Of a stretch of DNA of 64,000 nucleotides, positions 47,699-56,160 are shown piece by piece; the stretch's first letter is position 1, and every line of letters begins with the position of its first letter. The notes under the pieces were generated by a model. That model did no database searches. It saw nothing but the letters and a program-made list of their open reading frames with translations, and was not told the origin of the DNA. Origin of the DNA: a virus; IMG/VR virus record IMGVR_UViG_3300042453_004434, positions 1-64,000 of that record; one strand, 5' to 3'. The translations under genes and the position numbers were made by a program.

Positions 47699-48173
47699 AT
47701 TAATGATTTAAAAATTCAGCAAGTTCTTTTTGCTTTTCCTTATTTAAAACGATCAAATCATTCCAAGGATTACCATATCTAAGAATCTGCCAACACCATT
47801 TGATTCGTTCTATAAATGACAGCTTTCTGCCATTTAATCCGCGCTCAAATAATGCAATATAAACTTCTTCTTCGTCATCAAATCTTTCAACAACAAGACC
47901 ATGACTATGACAGTCGCACATTATAAATTTTTGATCTTTATTCATTTTAGAACCATCTAAAAATTCCAAATACGTCAATTACAAAGAACGAAAAATTACT
48001 AGCAAAGAGCGGCCAATCTTTTCTAATATACATTAAATAAGATAACCATCCTCTGCCAACACACAAAATTGGAAACGCCCATTTTGTTTCAGGAATATTT
48101 AATGCAAGTAAACTAGCACCTATCATTAACAATATTACAGATGCCCAGTCTTGCCATTTTTTGTTATTATTGT

Positions 48174-48530
48174 TCATTTAATTAATTGAGGATGTTCTAA
48201 TATATTACCGAATTTTTCTAATTCAATCCACGGATAATCCATTGAAGCGGAAATTTCATTACAAATAAACTCATTCAATGCAAGATTGTCAACATAAAAA
48301 CATCCATAAGTAAAATTAACAATGCCCAATTTCATTCCATATTTTAATACATCGCCTTCATAAATCTTCTCACCATTTACATCGGTCAAACCACTAAATT
48401 GTTGTACAATGTGTGTTTTACGATTAAAATAAGTAGATAAACCGGCAACACCTTCACATCCGTAAAGTGCGCCGGTCATTACATATTTTTGAGCTTGTTT
48501 ATCCCAGATTCGGAATATATAATTACTCAT
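48174..48530 (-). CDS. YopX family protein
   Basis: FRIWD, QQFSGLTDVNGEKIYEGDVL, GNILEHPQLI. Confidence 0.88.
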   Translation of the reverse strand: MSNYIFRIWDKQAQKYVMTGALYGCEGVAGLSTYFNRKTHIVQQFSGLTDVNGEKIYEGDVLKYGMKLGIVNFTYGCFYVDNLALNEFICNEISASMDYPWIELEKFGNILEHPQLIK

Positions 48531-48747
48531 GTATATTTATACCATAACTATTTAAATAAACATACAAAGACTCGCGAACCTTCTCTAAAGCATCGTCAGC
48601 ATTCTTAAAATCGTGGCCGTGCTTTATCCAATTTCTAAGCTCATTGTCGAAATCAGAAACGGCGCTCCGCATATCAGTTGCCTTACAGGCAGCATCAAAA
48701 AGCGATTGATCTTCTGGTAAATTGTACTCTAATTTTGCTTTCATATT

Positions 48748-49113
48748 TTATTCATTAACAGGATTAGTATTATAATTACCAATTATTGTATAATCTTGCT
48801 GAGTAAATTGCATATAACCACCGCGAATCTCAGCAACATAATATCCAAAGTGATCATAAACAACTCGTCCTCGAACCATTTTCAAACCTAATTTATATTC
48901 AACGTAGTCATTAACATAAATATCTTCATTATTTATAGACTTATATCCAGTACAATATTCTACAATATAGTCATCTTCATTTGTATTTGTAAATGACTCA
49001 TAATAATCACTGTCGCCAATAATTAGTTTACCATTATTTGTAATGGCTTGTACATAACTATTATCTAAATACTTATTTTTTTTCTTATCCCAGACTCTGA
49101 ATTTACTTTTCAT
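48748..49113 (-). CDS. YopX family protein
   Basis: KFRVWD, TGYKSINNEDIYVNDYV, IIGN. Confidence 0.85.
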   Translation of the reverse strand: MKSKFRVWDKKKNKYLDNSYVQAITNNGKLIIGDSDYYESFTNTNEDDYIVEYCTGYKSINNEDIYVNDYVEYKLGLKMVRGRVVYDHFGYYVAEIRGGYMQFTQQDYTIIGNYNTNPVNE

Positions 49114-49118
49114 AAAAT

Positions 49119-49147
49119 AAAAACCCTTACTATTTTATTAGCAAGGG
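49119..49147 (-). terminator. intrinsic terminator
   Basis: CCCTTGCTA...TAGTAAGGG plus U-tract. Confidence 0.7.
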
Positions 49148-49269
49148 TAAGAAATTAAAAGGCAGCGATTTTATTTGATTACGCCGCAGGCAGATGTCTA
49201 ACTAGCAAGATACCTAAATGCCGTCAATTTGCCTCTTATTTTACTTTTAATATCTTAAAAATCAATTGT

Positions 49270-49941
49270 TTAATTTTTCAGATGCACCTTCAGTTGCTCA
49301 CCGATGTAGTGAGTATATGCTGGAGGTATAGCCTCTGTCAACTCCCAACCTCTGCCAGCCCAAGGCATTTCCATGACTTTGCGCCACACGTCAATCGAAC
49401 CCTTGCGCCGAGACTTTCCAGTAACACTCATGTCGCGATAATCTATATTATTCTGTTCAGCATATTTTTTAGTGAAGCCTCGTTTTGCTTTTGCTTGTGG
49501 CTGCTTGACTGGAAAATTTGTTTCAAAATATCTTTTACGTTCAATCGGCAGATCAAACATAAATCCAGTCAAATAAAACGGCTCAATTAAATCATTCTTT
49601 GCGCCAACAACGTTTTCAATAATATAATATTTACCAGTTTCGATCAAGACTTTTCTAACTGGTTCAATCAGTTTAGGAGTTTGCTTGCCTTGAGAATAAT
49701 GAACATAAACTGAATCATCTTTTGTTGCTTTGCTATAACCTTGACAAGGTGGCGAGGCATGTATTACATCAAATTGAGACAAGAAATCTTTATCTTGTAA
49801 TACTTCAATTACATCATTTTTAATGAATGTAAAAGGATAATTAGGCTGATCTTTTATATCAACACCAGTAACATCAAAACCAGCTTTATTATAACCCATG
49901 CCAGCGCCGCCAGCACAACAAAATAGATCAAGCAATTTCAT
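49270..49941 (-). CDS. short C5-cytosine DNA methyltransferase
   Basis: LLDLFCCAGG, ASPPCQ, IENV, RKR, EAIPP. Confidence 0.85.
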   Translation of the reverse strand: MKLLDLFCCAGGAGMGYNKAGFDVTGVDIKDQPNYPFTFIKNDVIEVLQDKDFLSQFDVIHASPPCQGYSKATKDDSVYVHYSQGKQTPKLIEPVRKVLIETGKYYIIENVVGAKNDLIEPFYLTGFMFDLPIERKRYFETNFPVKQPQAKAKRGFTKKYAEQNNIDYRDMSVTGKSRRKGSIDVWRKVMEMPWAGRGWELTEAIPPAYTHYIGEQLKVHLKN

Positions 49942-49949
49942 TATATTAA

Positions 49950-50393
49950 TTACCAGCTAGATCGGTAATAGAATGACGCATCTTTATAATCAGGATTCAT
50001 CAAAATACTAGATATTACATCAATAGTATATTCAAGATCTCGCGTATAATAATCGTCATATTCTGTGGATCCAAAGAAGAAGCCAGATTGTGTAGGCAAA
50101 TTATTTTCAGGCTTTAATTTATTGTTTTTAATATCAATACAAAGATCTACAAGTTTTTCTAGTTGATCTCGCGATACAAAAGCTTTGCGACAATCATCAA
50201 CACCATCTTGAACATTCTTTACAAACCAAGAATGAATAGCATTAGCTTTTCGCCAATAAGCTACATTATGATTAACGTCTATCCAAGAAGCACTTCGATC
50301 AGGTTTGATACGCAAAGTATCAACTACTTTCTGATAGTTGGCATCTCTTTTATCAACGCTAACAGTCACACTCAAATAAGAATCAAGTCCCAT
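49950..50393 (-). CDS. hypothetical phage protein
   Basis: MGLD.YL, YWRKANAIHSWF, LPTQSGFFFGS..YD, YYRSSW; own promoter. Confidence 0.75.
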   Translation of the reverse strand: MGLDSYLSVTVSVDKRDANYQKVVDTLRIKPDRSASWIDVNHNVAYWRKANAIHSWFVKNVQDGVDDCRKAFVSRDQLEKLVDLCIDIKNNKLKPENNLPTQSGFFFGSTEYDDYYTRDLEYTIDVISSILMNPDYKDASFYYRSSW

Positions 50394-51381
50394 AATTTTT
50401 TATTGTTGTGGGTACAGTATAGAGCAAAAACTTCACTTGTCAAGCGGTATTAATTACCGCCCAGATATTGGCCGACTTCCCAATCTTCTAGATGAAATTT
50501 AACGAACTGATACATATCATTATGTTCGTTATTTTTTGCAACTAGATAGGAAAGACTGTACTCGTTATGCAAATCTTTGTAGATAGTAATCATGATCATG
50601 CTGGAATAGCTTGCAGTGCTTTCAGCTTCTCGTCAAGCAATTTGATTTGATTAGAGTCTTGCGCGTCTACAACTTCAAAAACCATTTTAATTAATTCATC
50701 ACTGACGTTCCAAACATTTTTAGTTGCATTCTTGTCAATGAATTCGTGAACAATAAACATTTGTTCTTTATTAAGCATAATGTATATAGTATTTAGTTGA
50801 TACAAACAGCAGTCACAAAACCATCATATTTAACATCATTAATCTCTCGTTCTTCGCGATTGTAGTAAATTACTTCTGGTTCGCGCAACACTTCGTTGAA
50901 ACTATTTCCTTCTTCATCTGACGAATAAATAACAATTGCATCTGGATTATTTTTTGCAATCTGTTGTAGTTTTTTAATATACGTCTGGATTTTCATCTGA
51001 ATCTTTGTAGGATTTTACTGCTTCATCAGACTCTAGATTGTCCATGCAGTCCTGCAAACTTATCACTGCGCTCTCCATGTTGTCAAGAAACTCTTCACTC
51101 ATCGTATCGGTTTGAAAACCTCCAGCGTGTTCAATATCTTCCTTGATAGAATCAAGACTTGAGATGATATTGTCAAGTCTCTTTTTAAAAGAACTATAAT
51201 TACTGCTTGTCATTTTTTATTGTAGACTTAAGTTGTTCTAACTGTTCTAAAGCTGCGTCTCTTTCTTTGCGTAGTTGAACTATTTGTTCGCGATATTTAA
51301 ACATGATACGCTTGTACTCTTCAATTTGCAAATTCAAAAGCTCAACTTCTTCAACTGTTTTAATATTTCCGAAATCGTAAT

Positions 51382-51624
51382 TCATTTATTTTTAATCAAA
51401 CCAAAATCATCAATACGATTATTCCAATCATTATATAGTTCAGCTTTTGTAGCATTAACTTCTATCTCAACTCGTTTAGGAGAAGAAGTTGTATAGCTGA
51501 CTTTAGCATAATCGAAACCGCCATCTATGGCAACTTCGCCACAATTACACCATCGCATATCGTGACGTGCGCGGCTGAAAACGATATCGCCGCAAGAAGG
51601 GCATTGAATAGCATTAATTTTCAT
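51382..51624 (-). CDS. zinc-binding phage protein
   Basis: likely start MKINA; CPSC...SRARHD...CNCG...IDGG. Confidence 0.7.
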   Translation of the reverse strand: MKINAIQCPSCGDIVFSRARHDMRWCNCGEVAIDGGFDYAKVSYTTSSPKRVEIEVNATKAELYNDWNNRIDDFGLIKNK

Positions 51625-51729
51625 GTTCGTCATCTTTGTCGAACAAAACAGTAATCGCAACAGCAACAAGAAGCAAGAAAATACTCAGCCAAATTATGAA
51701 ATGTATTATATTAATGATATTTATAAAAA

Positions 51730-52236
51730 TTAATTTTTTTGATAAATCCCAACAGAATCTTCCCATCCTCCATCTTTATCTATATAACTCTCAATTAATT
51801 TTATATTAAAATTATTTTTTAATCCCCATTTTTCTAAAGATTTCCAACTATCGGAATAAAATCTCCAATTATCAATTGGATAAGCATGATATGGACCATT
51901 TGATGGTGCATTTATATAAATAAAACCATTTGTTTTTATTAGTCTGCACATTTCTAAAAAAGTAAGCCAAAAGAATTCATCATGTTCAAAACACGAAGAT
52001 GATACAATTACATCAAAAAAATTATTTTTAAATGGAACGTTTTCATTTTTGCAAGCTATATTAACATTTGGTCCATCAAACATATCTATACCAATATATT
52101 TATGTTTTTGAAAAATAGGTTTTAATGTGCCATTGACATCATAAGATCCAAAATCCAAAATAAACGATTCTGAATTTAAATTATTACAGTATTTTTCATA
52201 AAATTTTTTTGCGTTGTTATAAGCTGAAGTATGCAT
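51730..52236 (-). CDS. class I SAM-dependent methyltransferase
   Basis: ILDFGSYDVNG, FDVIVSSSCFEHD, PYHAYP.D.WRF. Confidence 0.85.
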   Translation of the reverse strand: MHTSAYNNAKKFYEKYCNNLNSESFILDFGSYDVNGTLKPIFQKHKYIGIDMFDGPNVNIACKNENVPFKNNFFDVIVSSSCFEHDEFFWLTFLEMCRLIKTNGFIYINAPSNGPYHAYPIDNWRFYSDSWKSLEKWGLKNNFNIKLIESYIDKDGGWEDSVGIYQKN

Positions 52237-52702
52237 TTTTTAATTAAAAATATATTTTTTTAAAAAAGTGTTTTATATGAAACATTAATCTGTATAACGT
52301 TTCTTATGTGACATCTAAAATATAATCAGGAATTTGACCCGCAAACCAAAAAAAATCTTCTTGAAAAGAATAATGAAATGTAGCATTTAATGCAGGATTA
52401 AATGCAACAAGAACATCGCGATTCTTAATTCGTTTAAGTTTACCGCGAAATTCTATATGTGGATATTTTTTTCTTATCTCTTCTGGAACGTGAATGTTCA
52501 ATTTTATTGAATTTCTTCCAGTTGCTTGATTACATTATATATTGCATCTTCTAGTTCAATAACACGCTTGTCAAGCATTTTTAATCTATCCGCCGCTTCA
52601 GCTATTGCAGCATTTGCAACACCATCTTCTGATTGTATTTCTTTAGATAGTATTTGTAATGCTTTAATTAATGTAGCTGTAGATGATTTCATAAAAGAAA
52701 AA

Positions 52703-52777
52703 TGGCTCCTCCCCTTGGACTCGAACCAAGAACAACGAAATTAACAGTTTCGGACTCCACCATTGAGCTAGAGAGGA
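52703..52777 (-). tRNA. tRNA-Asn(GTT)
   Basis: cloverleaf, anticodon loop CT-GTT-AA, TTCGA T-loop, encoded CCA. Confidence 0.9.
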
Positions 52778-52785
52778 ATTAAAAT

Positions 52786-52868
52786 TGGCGCACCAAGCAG
52801 GGCTCGAACCTGCATTTTCAGCTCCATTTACGATTACAGAGGTAGAAGCTCTGCTCGGCTATTGGTGC
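52786..52868 (-). ncRNA. non-canonical tRNA-like RNA with an Arg(TCT)-like loop
   Basis: acceptor GCACCAA/TTGGTGC + G + CCA, canonical T-arm, hairpin CAGAG-CTTCTAC-CTCTG, no normal D-arm before it. Confidence 0.7.
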
Positions 52869-53133
52869 ATTAATCTTGCTAAAAGTGCCTTTCTCGTTTA
52901 TTTAAAAACTTACAGGACAGAGGCATGAGCCTCTTTTTCCTCCTAGCAAGAAATATTAGGTTCATACGGTGTATTGGTTATTTTCCGATCCGCAGTGTCC
53001 ATCCCCTAAACCAATAGGTGACACCTTTCATTAGCGGTTGAACCTAAAAATTATTATAAAAGAACTAAATGCCCATTTTTTGCTCAGTGTAAAGCGACTC
53101 AAATCAAGATCGCTTGGGCGCACTGTATGTTTT

Positions 53134-53221
53134 TTGCAGATCACGTCGCTGAGTTGTCTGGTGCCCAGAATTTCCAGCGCCCCAAACTACGGTCAATTAC
53201 CGACTCCCGTCATTGCTGCAA
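53134..53221 (-). ncRNA. unidentified structured RNA, short copy A
   Basis: closed by TTGCAG/CTGCAA; helices covary with copy B. Confidence 0.75.
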
Positions 53222-53224
53222 AAA

Positions 53225-53415
53225 TTGCAGATCAGGTTGTTCAGTGCTTAATGTGTTCCCAATCAGATATCGACATACTTTAGCTCGGATGATTCGAAAA
53301 GCATCATCTACTTTACGCTAATTAAATGTCCTGATTTCTACCAGATTCTTTCCGAGAGGCTTTTCACTGGCTACCTTAAGCTACGTCTTAGTGACGACTG
53401 CCCTCATTGCTGCAA
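53225..53415 (-). ncRNA. unidentified structured RNA, long copy B
   Basis: same five-helix core as copy A plus a large apical domain. Confidence 0.75.
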
Positions 53416-53539
53416 AATTTATTATGATTTAGGTAGCTACTCCCAAATCATAATTTTCCTCAAATACCGTCCGTAATAGAAATCCAAATCTATTATCATG
53501 TGTTCGCTTTTGGAAGCCGGATGTATTTTTTGGAAAAAT

Positions 53540-53625
53540 TGGTGCCGCTAGACAGGGTCGAACTGTCACGCCATTTCTGGCAGCAGATTTTAAGTCTGCT
53601 GTGTCTGCCATTCCACCATAGCGGC
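53540..53625 (-). tRNA. tRNA-Leu(TAA)
   Basis: cloverleaf with long variable arm, loop CT-TAA-AA, CCA. Confidence 0.92.
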
Positions 53626-53643
53626 ATTTAAAAGAACGTACAT

Positions 53644-53672
53644 ATCCTACTATTGGATACGCCCTTTGTCAA
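53644..53672 (-). promoter_or_regulatory. sigma70-type promoter for the Leu tRNA/ncRNA block
   Basis: TTGACA-N17-TAGGAT followed by boxA-like GTTCTTTT. Confidence 0.75.
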
Positions 53673-53681
53673 GGAAAAATT

Positions 53682-53756
53682 TGGTGCATCTGGCGCGACT
53701 CTCACGCGCAACCTAACCCTTATAAAGAGTTTGCTCTGAAATTGAGCTACAGATGC
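53682..53756 (-). tRNA. tRNA-Ile(TAT)
   Basis: AACTC-TT-TAT-AA-GGGTT anticodon arm, atypical T-loop TGAGAGT, CCA. Confidence 0.85.
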
Positions 53757-53857
53757 ATTTAAAGAACACGAACAATCTACTCTGAAAACTTGCTCTTGTC
53801 AACATCAAAAGATTTGAATTTCACATTTCGAATCTTATCATGTATATAATATATATT

Positions 53858-54532
53858 ATGTTATTAATTTCTATAGATCAAATTTCTAATTATAAATCAA
53901 TGGATCTTTTAGATGTTAAATGCGATTCTTGTCAAAAAATTTTTAAAAGAAGACAAGCTCAAATAAAAAGCGATCTTAAATTAAAGAATCAAACAAAACA
54001 TTATTGTTCGAATAAATGCCAAGGTATTAAACAAATTACAAAAATTAAAGTTGAATGCAAGCAATGCGGAAGTGAATTTTTCAAAGTAGCAGGAGAACAT
54101 CGAAGGCATCCAAATTCTTTTTGTAACAGATCATGCGCCGCAACATACAACAACACTCATAAAACTCATGGTTGTAGAAGATCTAAATTTGAAATTTATT
54201 TATCTGAAATTTTACCAAATCGTTATCCTGATTTAGAATTTCATTTTAATAGAATTGATACTATTAATTCTGAGTTAGATATTTATATTCCTGATTTGAA
54301 ATTAGCTTTTGAATTAAATGGTATTTTTCATTATGAACCTATTTATGGTAAAGAAAAACTTTTAAGAACACAAAATAATGATCAAAGAAAATTTCAAGCT
54401 TGTTTAGAACGGAATATAGAATTATGCATTATTGATGTATCTAGTATTTCTTATTTCAAACCAGACAGAGTTCAAAAATTTGTAGATATAATAACAAATA
54501 TTATTGATTCAAAATGTAAAAGAACAGAATAA
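53858..54532 (+). CDS. putative free-standing homing endonuclease (Zn-finger repeats + PD-(D/E)XK/Vsr-like domain)
   Basis: two CxxC...CxxxC repeats, then SKFE, ELDIYIPDLKLAFELNGIFHY; antisense to the tRNA cluster. Confidence 0.75.
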   Translation: MLLISIDQISNYKSMDLLDVKCDSCQKIFKRRQAQIKSDLKLKNQTKHYCSNKCQGIKQITKIKVECKQCGSEFFKVAGEHRRHPNSFCNRSCAATYNNTHKTHGCRRSKFEIYLSEILPNRYPDLEFHFNRIDTINSELDIYIPDLKLAFELNGIFHYEPIYGKEKLLRTQNNDQRKFQACLERNIELCIIDVSSISYFKPDRVQKFVDIITNIIDSKCKRTE

Positions 54533-54534
54533 AA

Positions 54535-54806
54535 TGGGGGGCCTTGAAGGATTTGAACCTTCACTCAACGAATTCGGATTTGTGAATATTTCTATTCTCT
54601 CTGGACTTTACCACTTCCATAGTATTTCTACTTTAGGAACGCGCCGTCAAGTCTCTACACCTTCTGTATTTCTACAGCTTGGCTCGGTATTGCCTACTAT
54701 TTGTAGTTTAGGTTTCACCGACTTTGACGCGATTCAATATAGAATTTCTTCTATAAGGCACTTTTATTAAATGAGTTCGCTGCTTTAACCATTAAGCTAA
54801 AGGCCC
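54535..54806 (-). tRNA. intron-containing tRNA with CAT anticodon (Ile2-type)
   Basis: exons 54806-54771 and 54574-54535 join into a cloverleaf GCGAA-CT-CAT|AA-TTCGT; acceptor GGGCCTT/AAGGCCC. Confidence 0.88.
54575..54770 (-). ncRNA. group I intron (Azoarcus tRNA-Ile-like, IC3), 196 nt, no ORF
   Basis: 5' exon ends in U and intron ends in G; GTGCCTT, GTCAAA.TCGG.GAAACCTAA, GGCAA..CCGAGCCAAG, GAAGGTGTAGAGACT.GACGG and AGTCCAG occur in the Azoarcus order. Confidence 0.92.
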
Positions 54807-54833
54807 GTAATTATAAAAAGAACAAAAATAAAT

Positions 54834-54907
54834 TGGTAGGACCGGAGGGTAACGCTCCCTCTTCTATGGTTTAAAAGACCATTGCATCACTTTAATGCTT
54901 CGATCCC
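54834..54907 (-). tRNA. tRNA-Lys(TTT)
   Basis: ATGGT-CT-TTT-AA-ACCAT; atypical T-loop AGCGTTA; CCA. Confidence 0.85.
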
Positions 54908-54966
54908 ATTTTAAAGAACTTCAATACTCTATCTTAGAATATTGCCTCTGTCAAGAGAGAAAAATT

Positions 54967-55043
54967 TGGGAGCAGGTGCTGGATTTGCACCAGCGATCTT
55001 CACGTTATGAGCGTGACGAGATAGACTACTTCTCCAACCTGCT
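54967..55043 (-). tRNA. tRNA-Met(CAT)
   Basis: TCACG-CT-CAT-AA-CGTGA; T-loop TGCAAAT; CCA. Confidence 0.85.
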
Positions 55044-55109
55044 ACTAACTCACTTTCAACGCACTAACTCTACATCAAACACACACACTTGTCAAGCGAT
55101 TTTTTGAAG

Positions 55110-55184
55110 TGGAGCCTCCTTCCGGGCTTGCGCCGAACTCTGAGGTTTACAAAACCCCTGCATCGCTGCCTATGCTTAGGAGGC
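55110..55184 (-). tRNA. tRNA-Thr(TGT)
   Basis: GGGGT-TT-TGT-AA-ACCTC; atypical T-loop CGCAAGC; CCA. Confidence 0.82.
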
Positions 55185-55190
55185 CACTAA

Positions 55191-55490
55191 CTAAAAATTC
55201 TCACCCTTACCAACAATATTAATACTATTTATATCTACTTTATAGTATTTTGCAACTCTTTTCTTAAAATTATTACACACTTTTTTAACATGATGCGGAA
55301 TTACCGCATTGGTTTTCGTGGCGAAACGACTAACTGCAATATTAAAACCACGTAGCTTATCAAAGCGATCACCAGCTTTTACATTGGTATACGACCAACT
55401 AATAATTGGATAATCATTTGTTGATTTATCAGCAATCAAAACACCACGCAGCTTATTCTTTTTTGGATCGTGAATATATTGAACAATCAT
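55191..55490 (-). CDS. hypothetical phage protein
   Basis: WS.....DRFDK..G..IA..R pattern. Confidence 0.6.
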   Translation of the reverse strand: MIVQYIHDPKKNKLRGVLIADKSTNDYPIISWSYTNVKAGDRFDKLRGFNIAVSRFATKTNAVIPHHVKKVCNNFKKRVAKYYKVDINSINIVGKGENF

Positions 55491-55527
55491 ATAATAAAAG
55501 AGATCATGAATTTAGTGTAACTATAAT

Positions 55528-56160
55528 ATGAATATGGAAACTCGTCAATGTAAAAAGTGCAAATCTTTCAAAAATTTAACTGAAGAATTTTGGATGTTAA
55601 GAAAATCTAGATTTGGATATAAATGTAGAAAATGCGAAAACCAAGATTGTAAAAACTATCATTTTAAAAATCACGATAAAATATTAAAAAGATTAAAAGA
55701 TTATAAAAATAATCATCAAAAAGAAATTCAAGATTATCGAGATAAAAATAAATTAAAAATGAAAGAATATAGATTAAAAAATAAACAATATTTTCGAGAA
55801 TATTTTAAGAATAGACAAAGAAAAAAAAGATTAGATCCTATTTACAAATTACATAGTAATATATCTAGAGGTATCAATCATCACTTAAAAGGAGCTTGTA
55901 TAAAAAAGAATAAAAGTTGGTTAAAATATGTTGATTTTACTTTAGAACAATTAAAACTACATTTAGAATCTAAATTTTCAGATGGAATGAATTGGGAAAA
56001 TTATGGCAAATGGCATATAGACCATATAAAACCCAAATCATTGTTTAAAATAAATAGCCCAGAAAGTATTGAATTTAAAAAATGTTGGTCACTTGATAAT
56101 TTACAACCTCTCTGGGCTATTGATAATATATTAAAAAGTAACAATTATACCGAAAATTGA
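55528..56160 (+). CDS. HNH endonuclease
   Basis: GMNWENYGKWHIDHIKP...NLQPLWAIDNILKSN; N-terminal CxxC pairs. Confidence 0.88.
   Translation: MNMETRQCKKCKSFKNLTEEFWMLRKSRFGYKCRKCENQDCKNYHFKNHDKILKRLKDYKNNHQKEIQDYRDKNKLKMKEYRLKNKQYFREYFKNRQRKKRLDPIYKLHSNISRGINHHLKGACIKKNKSWLKYVDFTLEQLKLHLESKFSDGMNWENYGKWHIDHIKPKSLFKINSPESIEFKKCWSLDNLQPLWAIDNILKSNNYTEN

Noticed and set aside
52874-53530. Hammerhead, twister or tmRNA assignment for the inter-tRNA elements
   Set aside because: Did not find a CUGANGA/GAAA core, twister L4 consensus, or tmRNA tag frame with tRNA-Ala-like ends
53038-53611. Short ORFs in the tRNA cluster
   Set aside because: They overlap tRNA-Leu and the covarying RNA structures; no coding signature
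54504-54770. 88-aa ORF as an intron-encoded protein
   Set aside because: It is antisense to the tRNA and intron and has no nuclease motifs
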